Positions 16,230 through 30,437 are shown, counted from the first letter of the stretch. The stretch: DNA of 64,000 nucleotides from Folioceros fuciformis (GCA_049999805.1 JBNGIO010003079.1:1-64000); one strand, 5' to 3'. The notes: generated by a model from the letters alone, not told the origin. Made by a program: numbers and translations.

Positions 16230-17449
16230 ATGGCGCCCCTTCCGCCACCGTCCTGCTGCGAGTCCTGGATGCCAGCCGCGTCTGCGTCGTCCGCGTCTGA
16301 ATGCGGGTTGGAGAACGTCGGGAGATGGCCGCTGGAGGTGCGCTTCAACGGGGGAGTGATCCGCGTTGTGCACCATGCGCAAGCGCGGGGCCTGCCGCCG
16401 CTGCTGTCCGCGCTGCACGGGCTGCTGCGAGGACACGGCCGCGCGCTGGCGGCGCGCCTGGCGGAGCTGCAACACGGAGCTGAGCAGGTTATTTGCAAGG
16501 TCCAGGATGTGGTGGACAGCGCCGTCTGCAAAGCCGTGACTTCCTGGTTCCAGATGCCTGCCAACGCGGTGCGGCAGCAGGCAAGATTCATCCCGCCTGC
16601 TTAGCGTGCAAGGATTGGATTGGATTGGATTGGCGTCTCTGCAGCTGCCTGGGATTCTTGCCATTTTCAGAATGTGTTCCCCCCCGATTGTTTGATTTCG
16701 AGCTTCCGGCCGCAATGTTGGAGTGTGGGATGTCGTCTTGGCGAATTTCGCGTTTCTCAGAGTTTCTTCGGCTGGCCTCGTTGGCTGGCTGGCTGGCTTT
16801 CTTGGCGTGGTCGACGTGGTCGAACTGGTTGTGGAAGGGTGTATAAAATCTTCGTGTGTGCAGAGAGGGAAGGTCGCCAGCGGGAAGCCCTGCTCCTTGA
16901 GAGCGCACAATTTTGCAGCCATTATTCCGGGAGATTCAGTAGCGGAAGTTGTGGTCACGAGCAGCATCTTTAACTTCTTGAACATCTACAACACGCTGCT
17001 CATCACTCGTCTTGTGCTCACGTGGTTTCCTAATCCTCCTGAAGCCATTGCGAATCCTCTCAGGTTAGTTAGCCCTTTGTTCTATTTCTTGGGACGGAAC
17101 AAGTTGTATGGCCTAGGGACGAAACACTTTCTGACATGAGCGTGGGTGTTGTGATTGCAGCACCATATGTGACCCCTATTTAAACCTATTTCGAGGCATT
17201 ATCCCACCACTGGGGGGTACCCTTGATCTCTCTCCGATTCTGGCGTTCCTCGTTCTCAATGTTTTCACGAATACGGCTTCAGCTCTTCCGGCCGAGCTAC
17301 CACGAGATGGCAACAATGCAGGTCCTGGTGCAACTGCATTCACGGATAGTGTTGCGGACGGAGCCACATGGAGACAGCGTGCGCAGTCGAAGAAGGCAGG
17401 GATTCTTAGAAAGCAGGTTATCGCTGCTGATAAGGAAAAGAGTAGGTGA
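16230..17449 (+). CDS. YLMG2: YGGT-family plastid membrane protein, YLMG2-like (multi-exon; 5' exon structure uncertain)
   Basis: NFAAIIPGDSVAEVVVTSSIFNFLNIYNTLLITRLVLTWFPNPP splices to TICDPYLNLFRGIIPPLGGTLDLSPILAFLVLN. TGA at 17447-17449. Confidence 0.85.
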
Positions 17450-17647
17450 AGAGTTAGGAAAAGGATAAGTGTTCGACAATGAACAGGTTCTTGTGCTTAA
17501 TGTCATTTCGATCTGGGCATTCCATATACGTCCCGAGAGTCGCCTAGTTCTCTAGTCACGTGAACGTGCAGAACAACTGCAACCACTATATGAGATCCTT
17601 CGCTGTGGCAGATTGAAGTATCCCTCGTAATTCACCCAAAAATCTTC

Positions 17648-20600
17648 TTACACTTGGATCACTGCGTATCGATCCGAAAAATCATGTCCTTTCTGCTTCT
17701 GGAACTGAATGTAGCGCTGAGTGTTGTTAAAGAACGCATCTACCGCGGGATCCTTGGCTGCGTTCTCACTTTGCATCTCCGTCACAATCAGCTCTATAAG
17801 GCCCTGAATGATAGTGCTCGTCACTTGTGGATTACCTTTCTCGTAATAGTACATGTACCTGAGGAAGCCTAAGTTAGACAATTGCCCAGTTTGCGCACCC
17901 TGCAAACGTAAGTGAAATCCTAGGGCTCTTACTTGTTGAGAATCTCGACAAACAAAGTCATTGGACCGTTGCTGCCTCTGGTAGCACTTGACATTTGTTG
18001 TGCAGCGTTTGCAATTCTCAGAGCCCTCTTGAGGCACAGTAACACCCTGCACAAACACCACATTAGTTCTCTCATCTCTTTGCGGGGCAGGTACGGTCTG
18101 CAGGAAAACTTGTGGGAAAGCTAGACAAATCAATACCTTTCGCCATCCTTTGTGCCACCTTCAACCTCGACCCAAAACAAGTGAGAGCATGCAAAAACTG
18201 CTCTACATTGGTCTGGCTTCTTTAAAAGCTTGGCAGAATACTGGAAGAAGTGCGGCGCGGCATGTCAGCTCTTGCAAATCATTGTCCAAGTCAAAATTGA
18301 CATGAAATCCATTTGGTACGAGAACTCACCCCCGTGGCCTTATGGGTTAGCGTGTCCCTATTCTCTACACCAAAAACGTTAGTTCTCTGCAGAGTACCGA
18401 TAATCAACTGGATTGCCGTTACTTGAGCCTTTGAGTCCTGCACAGTCCAAATTCAGCAAGAGCGTCTGTTACAAAGTCGAAACTCAACAAAAAGCGCCTT
18501 GCACAAAGTGCAACCAAGTACGCTGGGTAGCCTCAAAAAAGTTGGCACTCCAACATGCCACTATTGCAACTCACCGCAATCTCTTCTTCGTAAATCATGA
18601 AGGCCTGAGTGAAGAACTCGTACGCAACAGGTTCAAGGAAGCAATCATTAGCAGCCTGTTACAAAGAACAAGCAGATCCGTTCACAACCGGAACCCCTGG
18701 TATCAATCACAATAGGGAATCCAACAAAGTTGACAGCGAATGTTGAACCTCAGCACACTGAAGGTAAAGCCGGAGAGCTAGTTCAGGTGTGGGCACCACT
18801 GCAAGGTCCTCGACTGTCTGTACACAAGAAAATACGTACTCGTGCTTAAGAAAAAACACAAGTATAATGCAATAATACGACCAAAAAAGCAACAGCAGGT
18901 AGCTGGGATGCCCCAAATAAGATGAGTGACCACCTGGTGCAAAAATTGAAATATTTTATTTGATGACACTGAAGATTGCTCTGTGGCAGCCTGGCTTTGA
19001 ACGGACCTAACAAGCTGCACAACCACCAGCCAACCTCACAACGTAGAATCTCACAGCATATAAACCGCATAGCCTTATGCCCAACAAACGAAGCCAGTTC
19101 CCTGCACCCATCAAGCCTCCAGTTGCAGGCCTGGCCATTTCAAAACAAGCCGTACCTTCAAGGCTGCGAAAATGAGAGGGGGCAGGGTAAATTCTCTGCG
19201 CTTTGGACCACCTTGACTGAAATGCTTCCTGGCAGTGTTGAGGATCTGGCACATACAATTCAAGCACAACTCACATCAGGACCAACAAATGTCCAAAGCA
19301 GAGTCTGCTGAACTCCATGTACAGAACGACACTTCAGAATCCGATAAGCAATATGGAAGACAAAGACCAGTCCAGAAAACTTACTTTGAACATCTCGTCG
19401 ACATCATCATTGACAAGCATGTGAACTAATCGTGCCACTAAATTTTGCTCTTCTTTGAAATCTTCTTCATCCAACTACCACAAAAAAAAAGGCAGAATAT
19501 AAGTTGAAACTCCTGAACGCACGAACCATCATGCGACAGGTTCATGCGTCATTTGGGGAAGACACAAGCGACAAAAACCTCACTGCGTACCTCTTCAACT
19601 GCCGGGGCACCTTCACCGTCTTTGATAAGTTCCTTCAACAATTCAAAAAGCGCTTCAACCTGCAAGGAGCAACAGACACGGACACCGAAGTTAAGTAGCA
19701 AGCCGATGTCCATGGAGGGGAGATATCATTCAATCATAGTCTCAAACCTTTTCAGCTGACGTGATAAGAGTGTTGTTTTTCATTATACTTTGAATGATGA
19801 CAACAGCCATGACCTTGTTCGTATCATAACTCAGATGCTCCATAATGCGAGGGTAGTTGGTTAGCTTCAAAACTGTGACTACATCATTGTACTTCTCCAA
19901 TGGTGCAGACAAAAGGGCAACAATCTGCTTTGTTGCCTTAATATCTTTCACCTTCCCTTTCCCTTCAAGCTTCTTCACACAAGCACCCTGAAAGACGCCA
20001 AACAGAAATGTCACACTGTTCTGCAAACAAAGTGGGAGAACACCATGGGATCAATAAAGAAGCTGTAGTACCAGCACTTGATCTACATAATCAAGACGAT
20101 CAATGTGGACCCGGAGAGTGAACGTCAAAAGAGCAACATGGAGACTGACAGCTCCAACCAATGGCATATCGGGTTGTGCCTCAATAACCTACAAATATCA
20201 CATACATGGTGAAATATCAGAAAGCTGAAGATACGGTCACCCCCACCTATATCCTCATTCAAAATCCTGCTCACCAGCCCTCAAAATGCGCTCAGCAGCC
20301 TTTGGGAGCCAGGTACACCAAAATTATAACCTAAAAAACCCATCTAGGTGATCCATTGAAGGACGAACCTTAACAACAGCATGGCTCAGCTTGGTGAAAG
20401 CCTCCACCTGCAAGAATTCTGGTAGCACCTGCCCACTTTCACCTTTCCAGTAAGAATTCCACCAGGGCAGCGACATTGTAAAAGGAACCCAAAAGAGAAA
20501 CTCCGTACCTCTGGTGAGGATACAGCATAGTTTGAGAGCCGTTCCATCAGCTGTGACATGACAGTCTTGATATCCACAGTTGGCTGATACAAACACAAAA

Positions 20601-22871
20601 TAACCCAACTGATCTTACCGAAAGAAACATACCATTGCCTGGGAACAAAATGAGCCACGAAAGTGGTCGCTGCAACCAGCACTAGAGATCAACCCACATA
20701 AGTTGAGGACCACTTACTGACCTGAAGTTGAGGACAAGCCCCCAGCAGTGTTTCTAAAGTCTGAAGATGGAAGTCATCAGGGAAAACTTGAATGATGCAA
20801 TCCATCAGGTAGTACTGAGCCAGCTCATCCTTGCAATTGACAACCTGCACAACCCTTGCACGCCTTTGTTTAATGCAACCACATACGACATGTAACTGCG
20901 TGGTTTTGTTCCCCAATACACTGCCTAGTATTGCTTGAAATCTCACCTGCTCGAGGACCCGAGGTAGAACGACGTCCTTGTACATCTCCAGATCCACGCC
21001 TTCCAGTTGACTTAAGACATGCAAATTTTTACCAACCTGCATGACTAGAAAACTACAGTTAATTTCTGGAGCACTTCACCTTATCCATCTCCGGCCGTGA
21101 TTGCAAACTGGAAGCAAACACCCTTCCTGTACAACACCCTCTTACCAAGTCACGCAGCTCACTTCTTTCCTTCTCCCGTTTGTCCTTCTCCCGAGCAGGT
21201 CCCTGCAGACCAGAAAATTTCTCATGAAGTAGCTGGCACTGACAGCATCACCTGACCTCACGTATCTCTCACAAGCACTCCTGCATGAGCACGACTACTG
21301 TTTAGAAATGCCCCAACTAGCTCGGTCAGTCAGGTCCTGCACAAGCGTGCAACATTAGAAAAGCGGACCTGATGTTGCATCCGGACCCACAGCTTATTCA
21401 TTTCAGTGAAGTTTTGCAAAACGAACTCCACTGCGTCCATCACAGTTCCACCGTCCCTGAAAGCAGGAGACACGTCGGCAGGGGCCACAGACAAGTTACG
21501 ACAGCACACGAGTTTACAAGAACAGATTTGTTTATGGCATTGCAAAATTGATCCAGTAAGACAGAAACTCAACCACACCCTACCCTTAAGAGCCAATACC
21601 AGACAGTTTGAACCTGCTAAAGAAATGGATACGTACCCTTCATACTCCGAGCCAACATCGGGAAGCTTGTCCCTGCTGATTTGTGACAGATAGCTTCGTA
21701 AAAACAGTCCTCGTATCGGGTGTTGAACCCCACGGCTCATTTCCACAAGGTCTCTCAGCACATCTTTCGCAGGGGCCTCCTTAGACTTGATATACACTGA
21801 ACCAACTGTACAAAGCAGGTACCTACAGATGTAGACTTTTGGTTAACTACGAAGAAACTTCTATCAAAAGTTCTGTCAAAAGACCTTCCCATGGCCAACA
21901 GTAGGGAAACTGTCGCAGCAGCCAGTGCATTCAGCCAGAAAACAACGACTTACAGGCGTGGCAGTATGTTGCCAGCATGTTGTACAAGTTCATACAGATC
22001 AGCATTTGTACGGCCCCTCTTGGTCTCCTCCCTGAAAAAGACCTCCAGCTGTCGTAGTTCATCAAAAGTTCTCATGTCTATGATGGTTAAGGGCAAGCAT
22101 AGGTTCTAGCTCCAACACTGAAAACTCATAGAAACCCAGAGGGATACAAAGCTCGTAATACTTTTGAGGTGACAATTTTGACGTCCTCAACTCTGACAGC
22201 ATCTGAGCTGAAAATTTCAGAGCATCACGGAGATTGTTGGCATCCTGCATCCATAAGCACGTGCCGCAAACCACTAGATCTAGTCAGGCAAACTAATAAC
22301 AGAACCATCTTCAGTTGTCATGAACGAAATCGAGGCACGGACTGAATTACAAGTTAAGCCGAGGAGAAAATAAACTCTACCACCGCTAATCCACAGTGGC
22401 ATGCCCACAACAAGACTGTATAAAATTGCATACAAGCTGCCCGCGTGAGAAGGCACCGAAAACCCACATAGCGTAACGGCTAGATGAATTAGCTCAGGAT
22501 TCGCACACGAAGTCGGATCCTTCCACACCCATCCTTAACTGACTTAATGCGGTTCATGCGTCACGGCTACAGGGACTATCGAAAATCGACTGTCACTGCG
22601 CTGCGTTTTCATGCAAACCGACTTTTGGACTTCGAAGGCCACACAAAATTTTCCATCCAGGTCAACCTGACTTCATAGTCCTAATAAGAAGTAAAACCAC
22701 TCCCATTCCCGAAAACACATCCGAAGGCAAGCCAAAGCTGAATTCAGACACATGAGCCAAAAAACAAACCAGGGCTCTGTGCATGAAGAACGCATGGTGC
22801 TGCACGAGGGCCATGGCGTCCGCCAACCATTTCTCCTGCTCCTCCCCACTCGTGGACGTATCGTGCTGCAT
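17648..22871 (-). CDS. VPS35: Retromer subunit VPS35 (multi-exon)
   Basis: [98 protein letters not shown]. Confidence 0.96.
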
Positions 22872-23852
22872 CCTGCACCTGGAGGCGGTCTCCGCCTCGT
22901 ACACACTGTCCGTAAAATGCTTCTGCTCGCCACACCAAAAGTTTGTGCTTGCTAAGCCTAAAACAACATCAGTTTTGTCCCCTCACGCTTCCAAAGCCAA
23001 GATCGCGCCATTTCAAATTCCTGCCACTCGAGCTCCCGCATCTTCCCCGCCTTGCACGCACAATTCCCCGCAGCGTGGAGCTCGAATTCCGCAGCGGCTT
23101 CCTGTGCTGCAGTCTTTCCCCATCACTGCGCCAATCCGGGACGGGAAAAATGCTGAGAGTAAATGGCGGTGCGAACATAAACCAAATGCAGACGAATCCG
23201 GGAGGCCGGCGATCCGGCTCTACCGCGCAATCGACCGGACGAAAGGAAGGGACAGAGCAGCGACGCTGAATGAGAGGGGAGGGACGGCGTGTGACGGAGA
23301 GAGTGGGCTGAGCTGTGACGGCCAGCGCAACGGGATCAGGACAAGAGCCTCAGCCCGACCCGTGATCCTTCGTTCTGTATGTACATACGTGCAAGCCTTT
23401 CTACGGCGTCTATGTAGACGACGTTTAAATTACGAACAGCTTGGCGGCAAGTATGGTTCAAATATGTATATAGCGTCTGTGTGTGTGTGTGGAGGCCAAG
23501 GCCGAGGCTCACAGATCCGGTCTTTGGCCCTTCTGTGTCACGCGTTCCACGCTCCAGTGCTGCCGTGTGCTTTGAAGCCCTAGGGATCGTGAGGCGGTTC
23601 TTGTTTTGGAGCAGAGCAGCTGGCGAGCGAGGGATTTGTGGAATTTCTGGCGGTGTGAGGTGATTCTTGTGAGGGATTGGGAGCAGGATTGTATCAGTGA
23701 ATGTCAGTGTCGAATTCCTCCACTTCAGATCTCGACAATGTGCGGAGTTCTGTTTCCTTTGTTGTTTTGCTGACATGAGCTGCATGTGGTGTTGACAACA
23801 GCGTTTGAAGTACAGCGTGTGTGCTGTTTCTCCTTCCTCCAAGCTGGCGGAG

Positions 23853-25516
23853 ATGGAGGAGCAGGCCGGCGTGGCTGCTGAGCAGCCGCAGCACGGGCCT
23901 TACCTTATCGAGCAGCTTCAGGTCAGGCATGTTTTGCTGTGTGGTGGCTTTGGGCGGAGCTTGTTAGTGAGAGAGAGACCTGAAAATGGATTCGAATGCG
24001 GACTTGCAGACTGTAGGCATAGCTGCAGCGGATGTCAAGAAGCTCAAGGAGTCGGGGCTCTGGACAGTTGAGGCTGTGGCTTATGCTCCGAAAAAGGATC
24101 TCATCAAAATCAAGGGATTGAGCGAAGCGAAAGTGGATAAGATCACCGAAGCGGGTGCGTTTTAACGGTCCCTATCTCGAGAGTGGGAGCTTTGACTGGA
24201 GTCTTTAACCTGCACCATGCCTTTGCGACAGCCATTAAGCTCGTGCCAATGGGATTTACAAGTGCCGCCATGATGCATCAACAACGAGGGGAGATGATTC
24301 AGGTGACATCAGGATCGAAGGACCTGGATAAGATTTTAGAAGGTCAGTTTTCTGTAAAACGATGGGACAGTTAGTAGGCCACACTGCGAGTATCCATCCC
24401 CAACGAATCTGCATTGCTTTGGCAGGTGGATTTGAGACTGGTGCAATCACAGAGATCTATGGTGAATTCAGGACTGGGAAAACGCAATTGTGTCACACCC
24501 TGTGCGTGACCTGTCAGGTTCGTACTCATTCCGCTAGGTGAGGTGCAAGAAAATGTATGCTTGTTACCCCTACCTCCTAAGCTGTTTGCATATCCAGCAG
24601 CTTCCATTGAGCCAAGGAGGTGGAGAGGGAAAGGCGCTGTTCATTGATGCTGAGGGCACGTTCAGACCTAGCCGGTTGCTGCAGATAGCTGAAAGGTAGT
24701 GGAGCTGAGTAGCCACATGTTACGTTCCAAAATGCTCCAGAATGTTAAAGTTGAGGCTTCTGATTCATACGGTCGTTACCTATCTGTGCTTCTACAGGTA
24801 TGGATTGAATGGCCAAGATGTTCTGGACAATGTTGCTTATGCCCGAGCGTATAACACGGATCACCAGATGAGGCTGCTTGTTGAGGCTGCTTCCATGATG
24901 GCTGAGACTCGGTGAGTTAAAACGTCCATCCTGTCTCCCATTTTTCTGTTACTTTCCACTGTCTTCTAATCATCTCCCTGCCATACCCCAGGTTTGCCTT
25001 GATCGTCATAGACAGTGCCACGGCGCTCTACCGCTCAGACTTTTCAGGCCGTGGAGAGCTCGCAGCCAGGCAAAATCATCTCGGGAAGTTCATGCGAGGC
25101 CTTCAGAAAATGGCAGATGAGGTAAACTTGCAGGCTATCTTTCAATATCGAACGTCATATATTTCGAGGTATCAGAAACTATTCTCGCATGTTACAGTTC
25201 GGCGTGGCCGTGGTAATCACGAATCAAGTTGTTGCGCAAGTTGATGGGATGGCCTCCATGTTCGGACCCCAGGTCAAGCCTATTGGAGGCAACATTCTCG
25301 CTCACGCTTCCACAACCAGGTGAAAACTGGTTTCCCGGTCACTGGCATGCCCTTGGGGTTCTGTGTATTTACCGCTCAACAACTGTGAACAGGCTTGCAC
25401 TGCGTAAGGCGAAAGGCGAAGAGCGGATTTGCAAGATCGTGTGCTCTCCATGTCTACCCGAGTCAGAAGCAAGGTTCCTCATATCCACGGAAGGAGTTAC
25501 AGATGTGAAGGAATAA
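23853..25516 (+). CDS. RAD51: DNA recombinase RAD51 (multi-exon)
   Basis: [29 protein letters not shown] (RAD51-type rather than DMC1-type), Walker [11 protein letters not shown], Walker [26 protein letters not shown], and [16 protein letters not shown]. Confidence 0.93.
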
Positions 25517-25630
25517 AGCGCAAGCAGTTTTAATATGTACAAGATGTACGGCGGCACAAGCGTGCCCAGAGCAGAATTTCACTGACGGCCGATAGGAATA
25601 GCGTTGAAGACGAGCCAGATCTCCAACTCT

Positions 25631-26935
25631 TCAGTTGGATACCATGGTTTCTGTCTCCTTCACAAATCCCTCACCAGTCCATTCCTTATCCGAAGCCAGT
25701 CCCCTCCGTACTGCCTTCTTCTTTTCTATAGCTTCTCTCTGAAGCCTTACAAGTTCAGTATGCGTTGTAAAATACTGTAGAGACGCACCACGGAAATCCT
25801 CAATGGAATTAAAACTGTGTTTTGCCATGAACGCCTTCAACTCATCACACATTGTCTTGATATGGGAATAGCCGTGCACCATAACTCCTGTGCAAACCTG
25901 CACCGTGTTCGCTCCCAGGAGAAGAAACTCCGCAGCATGGTTTCCGGATTCAACACCTCCGATTCCAGACAGAGACACATCCTTGCCTGCGAAATCAGAC
26001 CTGATCATCTTGGCAATGGACATGACCTTGGCCAGAGCAATAGGTCGGACAGCCTTGGACGAGTACCCTCCCGGGGTCGAGTACCCTTCCACGCAGGGCT
26101 CTGGTCGGAGAGTGTCCAAGTTCACTCCCATCACGCTCATGACAGTGTTGATGGCGGACACGCCCTCGCAACCTGCTTCCAACGCAGTGCGCGATGGCTG
26201 CGTGATGTCGGTGACGTTTGGCGTCATCTTGGCCCAGACAGGCACCGTCGCCTTGTTGTTGATCCAGCCGCATACCTCCTCCAGCAAGACACAGTCTTGA
26301 CCTATAGCCGCACCCATCCTCCTCTCCGGCATGCCATGCGGGCAAGAGAAATTGATCTCCAGAGCATCAACACCAGCATCCTCCACTCTGGCCACGATCT
26401 CCTCCCAAGCAGCTCGGTTATACTCTTCCATCACGGAAGCGATGAGGACGCGGTCAGGATACTCCTTCTTCAGCCTCCTCATCTCCTCCAGCATTGTCTC
26501 GAACGGCCTGTCACTGATGAGCTCGATGTTCTCCCACCCGATCACCTCCTTCTTGCCCGTTCCATTACTGCTGGCATGCATGCGCGCATAGCGCGGAGTC
26601 ACGTTCACCACCTTGGAGGAGTCCAGAGCCACGGTCTTGGCTATCACCGCGCCCCAGCCCTCGTCGAATGCCCGCTTCATCACTTGATAGTTCGTCCCTG
26701 GCGGGCCTGAGCCGATCACAAACGGATTAGGCAGCTTCAAGCCGTTCACGGTGACGCTGAGATCAGGACCTGCCGCATCCTGGCTGCTAGTCCTCACTTT
26801 CAGCTGAGGCCAGCTCCGCCTAATCCGACCCGATGCTCCCCGTTCAACTCTCTCAAGATGCCGCCTCACCTCCCCTCCTACCTGATCTGAAGAGGACACC
26901 AAGCTGGATGCTCCAAATTGCTTCAAACTTGCCAT
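25631..26935 (-). CDS. PYD1: Dihydropyrimidine dehydrogenase (plastid PYD1-type), single exon
   Basis: Uninterrupted ORF with PDLSVTVNGLKLPNPFVIGSGPPGTNY, GWENIELISDRP, EINFSCPHGMPER and WAKMTPN. Transit-peptide-like N-terminus; first ATG at 26935. Confidence 0.95.
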   Translation of the reverse strand: MASLKQFGASSLVSSSDQVGGEVRRHLERVERGASGRIRRSWPQLKVRTSSQDAAGPDLSVTVNGLKLPNPFVIGSGPPGTNYQVMKRAFDEGWGAVIAKTVALDSSKVVNVTPRYARMHASSNGTGKKEVIGWENIELISDRPFETMLEEMRRLKKEYPDRVLIASVMEEYNRAAWEEIVARVEDAGVDALEINFSCPHGMPERRMGAAIGQDCVLLEEVCGWINNKATVPVWAKMTPNVTDITQPSRTALEAGCEGVSAINTVMSVMGVNLDTLRPEPCVEGYSTPGGYSSKAVRPIALAKVMSIAKMIRSDFAGKDVSLSGIGGVESGNHAAEFLLLGANTVQVCTGVMVHGYSHIKTMCDELKAFMAKHSFNSIEDFRGASLQYFTTHTELVRLQREAIEKKKAVRRGLASDKEWTGEGFVKETETMVSN

Positions 26936-27520
26936 AATCCGCCTCGAACAACCGCTCTTCTCACAGAAAATCAAGCGCAAAGCTGAGGCACTTCAAGCAA
27001 GCGTTCATCCCAAGCTACGCCACCACAGAAAAGAATCAAAAACGTAGCCGAACCGCAAGGAACACGCTCTCCTCCCCGGACTGCTGCCACCGGCCAAGTC
27101 GACGTCGACGGATCCCGTACGATCCCGCTCGCTCGCAGAATGCAGCTCAAGCTCACGCATGCAGCGTGCAGTCATGTCACACGCTCCACATTCCTACTCC
27201 CCTTCCTTGAGGCCGAAGTTCCTCGCACCGCAAAAACAGTGAGCGTTTTGCCGCCAGGTAGGCGAGCTCCGCGTGACTGACACGATTCGTGAGTCGCGTT
27301 TCATTTTTTCCGCCTTCCCTGCACTGCCTCACCTTCTGTGTCTCAGATATTTTTGGTCCTTGGAAAACAGCTTAGCACGCAAGACCTAAGGGCCGGGCTC
27401 GGGCCTAAGCCGGGCAAATTATCTTGAATTTGTTTCAGGGCTTCCTTCTTTTGGTTAAATGGTTAAGGGTACTGTATTGGACGGGACGGGACGGGACGGG
27501 ACGGAGAGGAGAGGAGGACT

Positions 27521-27528
27521 TAGGGTTT
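27521..27528 (-). promoter_or_regulatory. Telo-box (AAACCCTA) in the divergent PYD1/RPRD intergenic region, near GGGCC site-II-like motifs
   Basis: tagggttt at 27521-27528; gggccgggctcgggcc near 27390. Motif match only. Confidence 0.35.
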
Positions 27529-28052
27529 TTTTGGCTACACACCCTAAGATTAGGGGTGTCGGTGTGGCAGAGGCAGAGGATGGATGTTTAAATTTATTAA
27601 AAAGAAGAAAGATAAAGAGCTTTGGTATGGAGTAGCTAAAGCTAAAGACATGAGGCATTCTAGAACAATAATGTACGTATTGACGTAGGCGCAAAGGGAT
27701 ATGTGGACCACGGAATGGGGAGAATCGCGAAAGTGGTAAGGCCGGGGCAGGACGGGCCGTGAGGGTTTTGGGCTTTCTTGGTGACGAGGAGAGCGCCCGT
27801 AATTTATGTGGTCGAAGCAGGGCTTGGCAGATGGGGATGGCTCGGGCTCTGCGTGCTGGTTGACGTCCTCGGAGCCAGAGCTTTGGGATTGAGGTGAAGG
27901 AGGTGTGTCACAGCTGGAACTCAAATTCAGGGCTTCATTTTTTTTGCGGAAGCCTGCAGCGTCGCGTCTTGGTAGTGCTGATTTTCGGTCTTGTGCTGAC
28001 ATTTCAGGTTGCGTAATTTCGGTGTGAAGCAGGGTTCGGTGGTGCGGGGAAG

Positions 28053-30437
28053 ATGAACGCTTTCGCGGGCCACATCTTGGCTGACAAGTTGAGCAAGCTC
28101 AATAGCTCGCAGCAGAGTATTGAGAGTATCCGGAAAGCGGCTGTGTTTTTTTTTTTTTTTTGTGTTGTTGTTTTTTTTCCTGGGTTGAGTCTTGCTGGTC
28201 GATTTGCCGCAGTTCGTGCGCTTGGAAATGTTTCTTGTTGACCTATTCCAGCTTTGTCGCACTGGTGTATATTCCACCGGAAGAAGGCCAGGCAAGTTGT
28301 GGAAACATGGGAGAAGGAATTCTACCACGCTCCCAGAGAGCAGCGATTGCCCTTCCTGTACCTTGCGAATGATATTTTGCAGAACGGTAAGAAAAAGGGG
28401 ACTGAGTTTGTGACGGAGTTTTGGAAGGTCCTCCCGAACGCCCTTCGGGATGTGGCTGAGAAGGGCGAGGATGCGGCTCGCAATGCTGCGTTTCGGCTGG
28501 TGAGGACTGTGTTCTCTGGATTGGTCCGGGATTTCTTTTTTGCTCCCCCCCCCCCCCCTTTTGGATGAGTTTGTAGGTTTTGTCTGTCTCACGTTTCTGT
28601 CCATGGCAGGTTGACATCTGGGAGGATAGGAAGGTTTTTGGAACCCGGCCTCAAAGTCTCCGGGAAGAATTGCTCGGAAATAAGCCAACTCATGCTCCGC
28701 TGAGAAATCTTGATGCTCCACCGCCACCTGTTAAGCCTGTTAGTGTTTTTTTCTTGGATTGCTACTCTCCTGTCAGGAAGGTTCTTGAGTTTGTGGATGG
28801 ATTTGCTTGTCAAGTTGCAATGCGAGTGTGCTGATAGGGTTTTGGTGACAGAAATTATTTGCAGGTGGATATCTGGAGAAGGTTGCAGCAGCCCTTCAGG
28901 TTGTGCAGGAGGGTGCCAAGGAAGAAGAAGCAGCACTGGTGAAGTGTAACCTTGTCATCAGCCGGATTGAAAACCTGGATAAGCAAGCTCAAGTTCCAAC
29001 TGGTTAGGACCAAGTTGAACTGTTTGCTCGTCATCCTGACGTGCCTGGGAGTTGCTTAGACAAAACTTTCCTGCTGTTTTTTTATACAGGCGAGGAGAAT
29101 GTAGTACTTGAGCTGGAGAAGCAGCAAAATCTGTTGTCGGTGCTGATTGAGCAGCTTGAAACTATTGAAAAAAGCCGTGACGTCCTTGTCTCACATATTA
29201 GGGAAATTCTTCAAGAGCAGGTACTTGGGACATACTCCTTGCCGTGTACTTGCAGTCTCGGTGTTATTGGTGCGTACACGGCTGATGAGTACCTGTTGAC
29301 ATGCCAGGAAAAGAAGCTGGAGAGTCTTAGAACATCAGTCCAGGTATTTTCCGACTTTTTACGGGAATTGCACCCATCGATCTCCAGACATGCATGTTGT
29401 GCTGAGGCTGTGGTTTTTGGGTGTCGCATCATGTGCAGATAGCGCAGGCACAAGCGGAGCAAGCTGCGAATTTGAAGCATCGTTTACTCACCGGCAGTCC
29501 AATCGGGGGCCCTAGCGTGTCCCCCATTCGAGAAAACGGACCAGAAGAAGAAATACAAGCTGGAGCAGATATGGATGAGCACCAGGACGACGTTCTAGGT
29601 CATGACATGCTGGAGATGAGGGCCACAACAGCTGTCACCCCACCTCAGCTGTCAGCCCCACCCCCTCCTGTCCTCGAGAGGACACCATCACTGGAGGACG
29701 ATGGGACCAAGGTGCCAAATCCTGCTGCAGCAGCGGCTGCAGAGGTTGCGGCAAGGTTGGCTGCGAATTCTTCTTCTGCGGCTATGCTGACATCAGTGTT
29801 ATCCTCCTTAGCAGCACAGGAGAGCGCATCGCTGGGGCACTCCTCTCCTCTCAACCAACAGCAACTTCACGATGCTCTCCTGGTTGGGGGTGGCCATATT
29901 GACAAGAGGCCAAGGCTTGACAACAGCCTGAGCATGGGAGACGGAATGGGATTATCTTTAGTAGATGGGGGCAGCCAGTCTGGGAGCTTCATGCAGCATC
30001 AACAGAACATGAATAGTCAAACTGGGCATCAAAACTCATCAGGTGCAGGTTTGCAGCAACTTCAACCACAGCAACAGCAGCAGCAGCAGCAGCCACCTGC
30101 ACCTCCCAGCTCACAGCATCAGCCGCCCCAGCTCCACAAGCAGATGGCAGGACCACCCCCTCTCCCTCAATACATCCATGGTTCTCAGGGGCAGGTGCAG
30201 ATACCACCTCCAGGGCCTCTCCCGCCCAGCCAGTATAGTTATACTGGAGGTCCAGGAATGCCCGTGATGCAGGCTGGCCCTCATGGTGGTATGATGCAGA
30301 GTGTCTCCGGCGCTCCTCGCCTGCAGCCGCCTCATCCTCCCAATTCCTACCAGCCTCTCCAGGCCCCAGGAGGGATGGTTGGATTCTACAGTCCACCTCC
30401 CATTCCAGCCCCTCCGGCTCCTGTTCCCCGGCAGTAG
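28053..30437 (+). CDS. CID-domain RPRD/Rtt103-like Pol II CTD-binding protein with coiled coil and Q/P-rich tail (multi-exon)
   Basis: LADKLSKLNSSQQSIE-TLSHWCIFHRKKARQVVETW...LPFLYLANDILQN, LVDIWEDRKVFG, AAAEVAARLAANSSSAAMLTSVLSSLA, then a polyQ/Pro C-terminus. Confidence 0.9.

Noticed and set aside
16065-16985. 306-aa minus-strand ORF, and similar long ORFs at 12871-13563, 22783-23583, 25817-26710, 27927-28727, 48607-49380 and 55613-56380
   Set aside because: These are antisense or GC-rich shadow frames of real genes or promoters, with no recognisable domains.
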